Part shown: one piece after another, positions 53,019 through 64,000 of the stretch | How positions within the stretch are numbered: the first letter of the stretch is position 1 | Layout: every line of letters begins with the position of its first letter | Assembly (NCBI GenBank): GCA_951406725.2 | Contig: OX597834.1 | Location: forward strand, 6,820,001-6,884,000 | DNA: 64,000 nucleotides | Origin: Octopus vulgaris | Lineage: Eukaryota | Reading direction: 5' to 3' | Notes under the pieces: generated by a model | Databases searched by the model: none | What the model was told of the DNA's origin: nothing | Seen by the model: only the letters and a program-made list of their open reading frames with translations | Program-made: the position numbers and the translations under genes

Positions 53019-53442
53019 TATATATATATATATACACATACATATATATCTGCATATATATGGGTGTGAGTGTTGTGTTCGTGCATGTTTATGTGCCTGT
53101 TTGTTTAAATTTTGGTAATTTCTATGAAAGTTGTGGCATGTCAGGCATGTTGCTACCAGTTCACTGGGGAACAAATCATCTGCTTCCTTTATGCCTTCAG
53201 GTCTGTGTGGAATAAACGAACCCTTGTTTGAAAAAGCAGGTATGTGTTAGCAACAAGAGGGGTATCTGGTTGTAAAACAATACATCAATGACATTTGTCT
53301 AACCCATACAAGCATGAAAACAAAAGTATTTGAAATGAATACATACATATAAATATGTATATATATATATATATATATTTGTGTGCGTGTGTGTGTGTAT
53401 GCGCATGCATGTGTATATGAAATATTATATATTTATATGTGT

Positions 53443-54408
53443 GTGTGACTGCTGAGGATTTATGTAAGCTCGCAAGAAATGAAGCTAGTATGCTCCGTTG
53501 GATGTGTAATGTCAGTGTTCATAGTCGACAGAGTGTAAGTACCTTGAGAGAAAATTTGGACCTAAGAGGCATCAGATGTTGTGTGCAAGAGAGACGATTG
53601 CGCTGGTATGGTCATGTGGCGAGAATGGATGAAGATTGGTGTGTGAAAAAGTGCCACACCCTGGCAGTTGAGGGGACCTGTGGAAGAGGTAGACCCAGGA
53701 AAACCTGGGTCGAGGTGGTGAAGCACGACCTTCGAACTCTAGATCTCACCAAGGAAATGACCAGAGACCGAGACCTATGGAAGTATGCTGTGCGTCAGAA
53801 GACCCGGCAAGACCAGTGAGAACAATCAAAATCAAATCATATATCAGAAAGCAGGGGTTAAGTGACCCATCTGTTCGTGTCTGCTGCCAGCCTTGTCTGG
53901 CACTCGTGTCGGTGATACGTAAAAGCACCATTCGCTTGTGGCCGTTTGCCAGCTCTGTTTGGCCCCCGTGTCAGTGGCACGTAAAAGCACCATCCGTTCG
54001 TGTTCATTGCCAGCCTCGCCTGGCCCCCGTGCCGGTGACATGTAAAAGCACCGTCCGTCCGTGGCCGTTTGCCAGCTCTGTCTGGCCCCGTGTCGGTGGC
54101 ACATAAAAGCACCATCCGTTCGTGTCCGTTGCCAGCATCGCCTGGCCCCGTGCCGGTGACACGTAAAAGCACCATCCGTTCGTGGCCGTTTGCCAGCTCT
54201 GTCTGGCACGTGTGCAGGTGGCACGTAAAAAACACCCACTACACTCGCGGAGTGGTTGGCGTTAGGAAGGGCATCCAGCCGTAGAAGCACTGCCAGATCT
54301 GACTGGGCCTGACGAAGCCTTCCAGCTTCACAGACCCCAGTTGACCCGTCCAACCCATGTTAGCATGGAAAGCGGATGCTAAATGATGATGATGATGATG
54401 ATGATGAT
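53443..54408 (+). mobile_element. 5'-truncated RTE LINE: ORF C-terminus, 3' UTR with tandem units of about 60 bp, (GAT)n tail
   Basis: EASMLRWMCNVS...RRLRWYGHVARM...GRGRPRKTW...DRDLW (stop 53819). Identifies the family D fragments as this element's 3' UTR. Confidence 0.93.
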
Positions 54409-54445
54409 ATATATATATATATATATATGTGTATGTATATATATA

Positions 54446-54495
<50 letters not shown>

Positions 54496-54639
54496 GTGTG
54501 TGTATGCGCATGCGTGTGTATATGAAATATTATATATTTATATGTGTGTGTGTGTGTGTGCATATATAATTTTATATATATATATATATAAAATTATATA
54601 TACACACACACATATATATAATATTTTATAAACACCCAC

Positions 54640-54675
<36 letters not shown>

Positions 54676-54676
<1 letters not shown>

Positions 54677-54890
54677 TGGAGTAAACACATAAATGTGAAA
54701 CAAGGTGGAAAAAAAGAGTACTCAAATACCAGATCTAGAGTAATATGCTTTATTTAAAAGCAGCAGAAATATAACAAAAGCTGTTACTTGGAGTTTCGCG
54801 TTCAAGTTCATCGGATAGTTTTGTTAAAAAAAAAACTGTCCGACGAACGGGAACATGAAACTCCAAGTAACAGCTTTTGCTAAATAAAGT
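54676..54890. mobile_element. Fold-back element P2 (variant HHR, left tail)
   Basis: Inverted arms centred near 54825; HHR-like motif at 54836-54873 (+). Confidence 0.82.
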
Positions 54891-55116
54891 GTATATATAT
54901 ATATATATATATTAACGTTATGTAAATGGTAACAATGAAACCTGGTATGTGACTAATCATTAGATTTTGTATCTTTTCATTTGTCTTGCTCGCTTACGTT
55001 CTGGGGTTTGCCAAATTTTCTTGAGAACAATTTTTCTTACAGGTCAGACCATAAGGGGTCTACATTTTAGCATATTAGGAGTCCACCTAGTGGTCATTCC
55101 TCGTATATGAATAAAT

Positions 55117-55143
<27 letters not shown>

Positions 55144-55147
<4 letters not shown>

Positions 55148-55373
55148 ATTAAAAAGCAGCAGAAATATAACAAAACCTGTTACTTGGAGTTTCACGTTCC
55201 CGTTCGTCGGACAGTTTTTATTTTTTTAACAAAGCTGCCCGCCAAACAGGAACGTGAAACTCCGAGTAACAGTTTTTTATATTTCTGCTGCTTTTAAATA
55301 AAGCATATTACTCTACCTCTGGTATTTGAGTACTCTTTTTTCCACCTTGTTTCACATTTATGTGTTTACTCCG
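55144..55373. mobile_element. Fold-back element P2 in the opposite orientation (right tail)
   Basis: Inverted arms centred near 55225; best-preserved HHR-like motif at 55214-55177 (-). Confidence 0.82.
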
Positions 55374-55457
<84 letters not shown>

Positions 55458-55483
55458 ATATATATATATACACACACACATAC

Positions 55484-56350
55484 CTACGAGGAGGTACCCA
55501 AAAGAAACCAGAATTTTGCAATATTACTTTATTCACCTAGTTTTACATGATTGCTCTGTTCTTACTTTCAAAGTATTCTCAATTTGAAGCAATGCATTGA
55601 TTGGCTGAGTTGCATTTCCCACTATTTGAAGCAGTGCTGGGACTCTTTCAAAGTGATTCCTTTTAACATCTCTGCCATTTTTTTTCCTTCATCTCATCCA
55701 CATCTGAAAATTCTGTGGTCACCAGTGATGCCCTTTGATAAAAGCTCCGGATCAACTTCCAAATGTTCTTTCTGTTCCTGACATGCATTCAGTTGTGGTT
55801 GCTTTTGATCTTTTATGAGCAGGTGAGGTACAAATTTTGCTGCAGCTCTTTTCATTCATGATTCCTCACTCAAAATTCGTTGGCAGAAGTTCCAGAACAC
55901 ACCAGTCATACCAAGAAGTCCATCAATTGTTCTGTGATGGCTCTCCAAGATCAGTTCGTGAATTTTTGTGATATTTTCATTCGTTTGGGAGGTTGATGGC
56001 CATCATGAATGAGGTTGGTCTTCAAGCAACAGGTGACCATTCCTAAAATACCTTTTGCTCATTACAGCAGTCTTGTTAGCTGTTTAAAGCATAACAATTC
56101 TTTCGGCTGCTTTTTCCCCAGCAGAAAACAGAATTTTTTGGAAGCACACAGATCCTTTTTTTCAGCCGTCACAAAAATCAACAAACAGGGGAGAAGCACT
56201 GTAAAACAAATATGTACCATGTGGTAGTAGGACTACACTCAATGGTTGGTCAGCAGACTGATGCCTGAAGGTTACATCAAATGGCTTGTAGTGGCAGAAG
56301 CCTGAACTACAACAGGTTTGTCCCACAAACTTTTGCGTAACCCTTTGCAT
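55484..56350 (-). mobile_element. Internally deleted mariner transposon
   Basis: Degenerate TIRs TACGAGGAGGTACCCAAAAG and CTTTTGCGTAACCCTTTGCA. Transposase remnants KFCFLLGK, PSTSQTNENI, and MKRAAAKFVPHLL..DQK...DPELLSKGITGD. Confidence 0.85.
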
Positions 56351-56364
56351 ATATATATATATAT

Positions 56365-56565
56365 AACAGGAAGGTTTATGAAAATAAACAAAAGACGAAG
56401 GCAGGTGGAGTACAAACAAACAATTGTATTAGTATGGCGCTCAGGAATAGAAATAGAAAAAGTCTTTTATGTTTCGAGCCTACGCTCTTCGCCAGAAAGA
56501 TACACAGGAAAGAAACAAGGAGAGAAAAAATGCGTGTAGGAGCTAACGGTCCATCATGGCATTAT
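56365..56565 (-). mobile_element. Solo pLTR P4 with variant HHR (core CUGGCGA)
   Basis: Homologous to 32615-32810; motif at 56499-56464. Confidence 0.8.
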
Positions 56566-56611
<46 letters not shown>

Positions 56612-56646
56612 GAAGGTTTGAAAATGCAATTTTAAAAGATGTTTAT

Positions 56647-56691
56647 TTACTTTACCGGTTTCACTTTTTAGAAAAAGATTGTCAAAAGTAA
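56647..56691 (-). ncRNA. Minimal type I HHR motif with U3-A8 covariation
   Basis: UUACUU UUGACAA u CUUUU ucua AAAAG u GAA ACCGGU A AAGUAA. Confidence 0.65.
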
Positions 56692-56979
56692 CATGTAAAA
56701 GTTTGGTTGTGTTAATCATTGGTTGTCACAAAATACTACAATACATATATATACATTCTTTGGTATGTTAAGAACAGCGTACAAGGGGAAATCTTGGGAA
56801 AATATAAAAAAGTTTAACAAGTTCATTAAAATATTGGGCACAAAAGATTACAACATATATATACATTCTCAAGAAAATGTTAAAGATAGTTTCTAGAAGG
56901 AATTATAAAAAAGTTCAGTGAAACTTTTATATATATATATATATAGATATATATATATGTATATATGTATGTATGTATA

Positions 56980-57132
56980 TAATTAAGAGAAATAACCTCT
57001 ATTAAGCAATTCAATAGTGAAAGACATCATCTATATTATATAGAAAAAATTTAAATATACTGTAATAAATATTATTCAAAAAATCACTAAAATAAATAAA
57101 CATTAAATTGACTATGCGCATTTCATGACTAT
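56980..57132 (-). mobile_element. P3-related fragment with the 3' half of an HHR
   Basis: Minus strand GTCATGAA-ATGCGCAT-A-GTC parallels 1915-1934; the far end resembles the P3 arm. Confidence 0.6.
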
Positions 57133-57177
57133 ATCTTTAAATCGATAATAATAAATTATATTCCCTACTACTACTAC

Positions 57178-57232
<55 letters not shown>

Positions 57233-57274
57233 GTGTGTGTGTGTGCATGTGCATATATATATATATATATATAT

Positions 57275-57455
57275 ATGGGGAGAATTCACAAAAAGACAAA
57301 AGACGAAGACAGGTGGTGTGGACAACGAACAGATGAATTAGTTTAACGTTCAGGAAGTGAAAATGTCTTTAACGTTTCGAGCCTACACTCTTCTACAGAA
57401 AGGAACACAGAAAGAAACAGGGAGAGAAAATAAAGAATGTGTAGTGGCTAGCAAT
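57275..57455 (-). mobile_element. Solo pLTR P4 with variant HHR (core CUGUAGA)
   Basis: Motif at 57402-57367: CUUU CUGUAGA a GAGU guag GCUC GAA ACGU U AAAG. Confidence 0.8.
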
Positions 57456-57478
57456 CTAATATGTATATATATAATCTA

Positions 57479-57512
<34 letters not shown>

Positions 57513-58178
57513 ATATATATAATCTAATATATATATCTATATATCTATATATATATACACATAAATACATATATATATATATATTGTTGTGTCTAGGGGG
57601 ATTCATTATATGAATAGTAATAGCACATGCACTGGTTCAATCGTTCAATTCCTCTTCTTTATTGTTGGTCAATTGGCTAAATATCTCTCCAGCTAACAAA
57701 TCAATCGTTTAAGTTGTTGGTTAAACCATTATTTTCCTTTTCTTTATTCATCATAGTCTTTTGTTGCAATTCACAACCTTTCCACTAACCTTTCTCACAG
57801 TTAACTATGAAGGCCATGTTTGTCTGAGACCTTATTGCTTGTATGTGTGTGTGTATAAACTACATATACGCATACACATACATATGTTCTTCTCCGTCTG
57901 TAGATTTTTTTCTCACAGACGGAGAACATACCACCACCATCTGTCTATATATCTACCCTTTTGTAATGTTGGCTAATGAAATAAATACAAGAATGTGCAT
58001 TGTCCGTTTTAATTTTAAAATTCTATATGTGGCTGAAGATTGCACGACATTTTAAAACTGATGTAATACTTACAGTGTTTAATAAATATGTATGTATTAT
58101 ACATACAAATATAATATACTACCTTGGATATCCTTGTTGCTTATTTTGATATACATATATATATATACATGCAAACAT

Positions 58179-58215
<37 letters not shown>

Positions 58216-58285
58216 TGTATGTATGCAAACACATACTTGCATACATATGTAGGTCTGTGTATATTCTTATAAACATTCGTCTGAC

Positions 58286-58442
58286 CTGATGCAACATTAG
58301 AAGTTGCATTCTCAAAGTGCTGTACAGTGGTATTGTAACCCCAAACCGTTTCTTTGGAAAGTGGACTTTTTAACCAAACATTTTGCTTTTCACCAATAAG
58401 ATACATAGTATGAAAGAGATTGTAAGATATTGGTTCTGGCAT
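58286..58442 (-). CDS. Candidate first coding segment of an unidentified host gene
   Basis: Acceptor ttttattcttaaaTAG before 58478, ATG at 58442, 52 open non-repetitive codons, and donor CAG|GTCAGA after 58286. No recognised homology. Confidence 0.3.
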
Positions 58443-59518
58443 ATCAACAACTTATTTAGTTTTGAAATTTATTTCTCTCTATTTAAGAATAAAAATAAAT
58501 AAATAAGAGTTACACGTAAGGCACACATTTTGTTGAAGCTTAAAAAATATAATAATGATAATAGAAAAAGAATTAGATTTATCAAAACTACCAGCGTTGG
58601 CAATTTATAAAAGAAGATTATTCACTCTCAATGGATTGCTACATGAAGAGCTACCAGAATTTGAAGAATTTCTTTTTTGCATATCATACTGTGGTTAACA
58701 CTAATTTTGTTTTTCCCCTCCTGTTTTGTCATTGATTGATGATAGAAATGCTCAGTTTATTAAAACCGCAATTCTGTTTGCCAAACAATATGAAGACTGA
58801 CGGAGGTGTTATATTTATGTATGTCTCCTATAGAACAAAAATTGCCATTTAATGATAGTCGGTTTTCTCTCTGAGTGTCTGTCACAGGAAATGTAGATGC
58901 ATCGATTTTCTTCTTTTTACTCTGTTATTCTCCTGGGGTTTGTTTTTATTTTGTTTTCATGCTGTTATATTTTAAATTTTATTTAAGCCTATCTTCTTAC
59001 TGTTTACATAGACTTAGTATATATATATTTTTTTCAATCCTAATTTCAACCCATTCTTTGTATTATTTGTATTTATTTCAATATAAATATTTCTGCGTAT
59101 ATATAGATGTGAAGTAATAATTTTTCAATCACACAAATAAATATATAGAAATATGTAAGTGTGTACTAGTACAGATACAAATATCCTCATACTAAAGGGT
59201 GTTTAGAAATAACTTTGAGCTTATATCTGTATGAAAATGCTAATATCATAGTATGAGGCAGTATATGTCCATTTTTACATAAATATATGTTCATGTGGTG
59301 CAGTTCTGTGTGAGTGACTATATGTTAGATAAATCGAATTTGCATTAGGGTGATACTGTGCTTTGAATTTTAGATGTAAATGTTTATGTACAACTCTCCT
59401 TCAATGTGTCTATGTATCGATATGTGTCTCTGGTATAGGAATTAACAAAATGACTCATTATATAAAGTGTCCGTCCAGTGTATATGCATGTGTATATTAT
59501 GCATGTATTTAGATGTAT

Positions 59519-59552
<34 letters not shown>

Positions 59553-59847
59553 GTATTAGTAGATGTGTGTCTATATATGTATATATTTATCTGTCTATCT
59601 ATTTATCTATCTATCTATCTAAATATATATATATAATATATATATATATGCATATATATGTGTGTGAGCGTGTATGTATGTATACATATATATATATATA
59701 CGTACAGACATTCATACTTACATACAAATATACATACATACATATATATATATGTGTGTGTGTATGTCTATATACACACAAACACATATGTATATATACA
59801 TATATATATATGTATATATATATGTGTATATATACATATATATATAT

Positions 59848-59916
<69 letters not shown>

Positions 59917-60145
59917 AGTATGTTTACAAACGTATTTTTCTTGCTTTTGGACAATGTACCATGAATTATACCACATGACCATCTTTTGAACATTACTCAA
60001 TGGGGCTTCTGAAAAGCTTGTGTAATTGCAACAAGCATCCTCCCTCCACAGTCTCCATCACACACACACACACACACACATCCACTCACATATGTGTGTA
60101 TATACTTATGTTGCTGTATGAATACATAAACACACACACATACAC

Positions 60146-60166
60146 GGGGCGGGCGGGGCGGGGCGG
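60146..60166 (+). promoter_or_regulatory. GC-box cluster and potential G-quadruplex
   Basis: GGGGCGGGCGGGGCGGGGCGG: four G-tracts with 1-nt loops and overlapping GGGCGG motifs. Confidence 0.5.
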
Positions 60167-60461
60167 ACAGAGTGTTGTATTAATTTCCTATCTGTAATGA
60201 ATTTTATTTGTGGTGCCAGATAATCCTCTAACCTCACACTGACCTTACCACTGCTTGCCAAAATAAAAAGAAAAGAGTCAGAGAGAGACACACAGGGAAA
60301 CTGAGAGAGAGAGGAGAAGGAAAAAACAGAAAGAGTAGAGGAGCAGGAGAAGAGGGAGTGAGTGAAGGGGAGAGGGGGAGAGATGAGGGAGGAGAGAAAT
60401 GTGGTGTGGACAATTTTCATACCTCCACACATTGGAAAACAGATGCACATTGTATTCCTAT

Positions 60462-60923
<462 letters not shown>

Positions 60924-60988
60924 TACTGCTCTTGATCTGCCTGCAGTGTGTTTAAGGAGTTTTCCAACAACTGACCTTTGTAACCGCA

Positions 60989-61035
<47 letters not shown>

Positions 61036-61455
61036 CACCACCACCACCACCTCTTGTGTTGTTGCTGCTAGCACACTCACGCTATCATTGTTATATACAA
61101 ACGTATGTCGCTATCATTGTATAATTTTATAAGAATCATCAATATCTTCGCTAACCCTGCAAAAACTGTCACCATCACAATCACCATCACCATCACAATC
61201 ACCATCACCATTGCAATCATTTCGTCAATATAAGGTAGAACAATTATTTCAACAAGCCGAAAATCAATATAAAAGAGCTTAGGACACACAGACGATGTGT
61301 ACAGCCTAGACAGCACATTATAGATGTAACCAAGGTGTACTCAGCCAAGAAATTGTTACAGATGAGTTAGTAAAGAGGACATTTATATATACATACATGC
61401 GTACATGCATATATACATACACACACATGCATGCACACGCACACACGCACACACA

Positions 61456-61493
<38 letters not shown>

Positions 61494-61496
<3 letters not shown>

Positions 61497-61807
61497 TCTT
61501 TTACTCTTTTACTTGCTTCAGTCATTTGACTGCGGCCATGCTGGAGCACCGCCTTTAGTTGAGCAAATAGACCCCAGGAATTTTTCTATCGGTCCCTTTT
61601 GCCAAACCGCTAAGTTACGGGGACATGAACACACCAGTGTCGGTTGACAGGCTTCTTTCAGTTTATGTCTACCAAATCCACTCACAAGGCTTTGGTCGAC
61701 CCAAGGCTATAGTAGAAGACACTTGCCCAAAGTGCCATGCAGTGGGACTGAACCCGGAACCATGAGGCTGGTAAGCAAGCTACTTACCACACAGCCACTC
61801 TTGCGCC
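61494..61807 (-). mobile_element. SINE family A lacking the internal microsatellite
   Basis: A deletion joins GTCGGTTG to ACAGGCTTC. Confidence 0.87.
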
Positions 61808-62230
61808 TATATATACATATATAATAATAAATGGTAAAATTAATTAATTAACTAGTAATCAATAATTTCCCCAAGTAGAATTTGGCATGAAAAATGACCA
61901 TTTTTCGGTAAACTTAAACAATATTTTATGATTACGCATATATTTATAATTAGGGTTCAGCAAAGATTTGCTTTACCACATACCGAAGTTTAGAAATAGA
62001 AGCCAAAGAACCTTAGCTATTCCTTCTACTATAAGAAGAGACTCCTGGACAAAATCAAAATACTTGAAACAACCTATGCAGAGAGAGAGGAAAAATAGCG
62101 AAAATCACTCTGTATTTAATTACCCATGGACGAGTTTTGGAATTAGATTGGCATAAAGAATGTAAAATTCATACTTTACCCAAACATTTTCCTCCTCAGC
62201 ATGGGATTTCCTGATATATATATATATATA

Positions 62231-62507
62231 TTAAATTAGAGATAAAACCACTATGAGGCAAATCAAACAGTGAAAATCATAAACCAATAAATAGAAATAA
62301 AATTAATTAATTAATTTTTAGTTTTTATTAATTATTTTTTATTAATTAATTTTATTTCTATGTATTGGTTTATGATTTTCACTGTTTGATTTGCTAATAG
62401 TGGTTTTATCTCTAATTTAATATATATATATTTATACTATAAAATTAGATTTAATCCTAAATCTAATTTTTCCCTGTAAGTTTGGATTTACTCCCAAATA
62501 TTATTAT

Positions 62508-62510
<3 letters not shown>
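62231..62510. mobile_element. AT-rich fold-back element P3
   Basis: Same arm ends and tail as 27556-27922. Confidence 0.82.
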
Positions 62511-62540
<30 letters not shown>

Positions 62541-62545
<5 letters not shown>

Positions 62546-62809
62546 GCGGACTGGCCAGGTTGCCAGTTTGCCCTGCCCCATTAGAATCCATATAGGAGGG
62601 CCCATGTTAGTATCTAAGAGGCCCATCTCCTGGAAGAATACATTAATTATTTCAGCCTGGCTGTGTTTGTAGTCAGTTGAAAAGAATACTTTTAACAAAA
62701 ACAGAAAAGATTAAATGATAGCATTGTAGTTGCAGGTGGGCCCCCTTTTAGTTGTGGGTGGGCCCCCTTAGTCTCCTGGCAATCAAAATTTCCAGACCCT
62801 GTCCACTAG
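62541..62809. mobile_element. Possible hAT-like MITE
   Basis: Degenerate ends TAGTGGCGGACTGG and CCAGACCCTGTCCACTA, with internal GGGCCC repeats. Confidence 0.45.
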
Positions 62810-62872
62810 TGTGTGTGTATATATATATATATATGCACATATACATATATATACATATATATATATACACAT

Positions 62873-63200
62873 GTGAAGTCGCATGGCTCAGTGGTTAGAG
62901 TGTCAAGCTTACAATCGTGAGGTTGTGTGCTCGAATCCCGGACCGGGCTGCGTGTTGTGTTCTTGAGCAAGATACTTTATTTCAAGTTGCTCCAGTTCAC
63001 TCACCTGTAGAAATGAGTTGTGACATCACTGGTGCCAAGCTGTATATCGACCTTTGCGTTTCCCTTGGATAACACTGGTGGCATGGAGAAGGGAAACCGG
63101 TAGGCATGGGCAACTGCTGGTCTTCCATAAACAACCTTGCCCGGACTTGTGCCTGGGAAGGTAACTTTCTAGGTGCAATCCCATGTTGTGACCAAAGGGG
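62873..63200 (+). mobile_element. tRNA-derived SINE family E
   Basis: A box TGGCTCAGTGG, B-box-like GCTCGAATCCC, and CORE-like TTGTGTTCTTGAGCAAGATACTT...CACCTGTAGAAATGAG. Confidence 0.82.
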
Positions 63201-63228
63201 GTATCAGAATATACATACACACCCACCG

Positions 63229-63263
<35 letters not shown>

Positions 63264-63355
63264 CATATAAATATATACACACATATATATTTACATATAT
63301 ACCCTTATGGTATTTGCAAAGGGAGGTCATCCTTCCCTCATCAACCTAAGTGATA

Positions 63356-63400
63356 CGTACGGCCTGCAGTTTCTAGGTATTGACCTGTCATCAGCATACG
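63356..63400 (-). ncRNA. Decayed minimal type I HHR motif
   Basis: CGUAUG CUGAUGA c AGGU caau ACCU a GAA ACUGCAG g C CGUACG, with U16.1 replaced by G. Confidence 0.6.
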
Positions 63401-63759
63401 ATGATATACCTGACATTGTCGTGCAGTGACTGTTTATACCTCGTTCAGAGATTTATTACTGCTTAATCTTAAAAGCAAATCAATTAAGATGACTAAACGA
63501 GTAGGCACAGAGTGTATTGGGTGCTTTTTATCTAGTACCAGTATCAGTACTTTTTACATGGCATCAGAACCAGTGCTTTTTATGTAGAATTAACACCAAT
63601 GCATTTTTACATGGCACCAGGACTGGTATAAATTCTGCTGTGGTGGATGGGTCTTCTTGAATACAGCAAGGCACCAGATATTTCAGTCCTTTGCCAACTC
63701 CTTCATAAGGTTCAGGGGCTTAAGATCAAGTCTTCAATACAGAAACATATATATATATA

Positions 63760-63965
63760 TATAGGGAGAGTTTACGAAAAAAGCAAAAGACGAAGACAGG
63801 TGCTGTACAAAACAAACAGATGTAATTAGTATAATGCTCAGGAATAGAAAAAGTCTTTTACGTTTCGATCCTATGCTCTTCTACAGAAAGGGACACAGAA
63901 AAAAACAAGGAGAGAAACAAGGAAAGAAAAAAATGTGTGTAGTGGCTAACGATCTATCATGGTGA
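63760..63965 (-). mobile_element. Solo pLTR P4 with variant HHR (core CUGUAGA)
   Basis: Motif at 63890-63855. Confidence 0.8.
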
Positions 63966-64000
63966 CTGACTGTCACACATGCAACACAAACACACTCACA

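Noticed and set aside
61850-62160. Possible PLE 3' end
   Set aside because: No clear endonuclease motif or HHR core.

Overview
Very AT-rich, repeat-saturated animal genomic DNA with no complete host gene. The tRNA-derived SINE families and microsatellite load suggest an octopus/coleoid cephalopod genome (inferred from recalled repeat families, not from a search). Most of the window is (TA)n, (CA)n and trinucleotide microsatellite plus transposon debris: four SINE families, 5'-truncated RTE, CR1 and R4/Dong-like LINEs, three types of decayed Penelope-like element (PLE), a deleted mariner, a hAT-Charlie 3' end and a non-autonomous Helitron. The main hidden signal is a dense and diverse set of type I hammerhead ribozyme (HHR) motifs. 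Three have a fully canonical core and an unusually long stem II (1832+, 2465-, 11463-) and one is decayed (63356-). Several repeat families carry a shared variant core (U3-A8, C4, or U/G at position 6). Many of these sit in asymmetric fold-back elements with a one-sided tail, three of which have target-site duplications, consistent with PLE pseudo-LTR (pLTR) derivatives. A weak candidate 5' end of a minus-strand host gene lies at about 58.3-60.4 kb. All folds and translations were done by eye, and element boundaries are approximate unless base-level detail is given.
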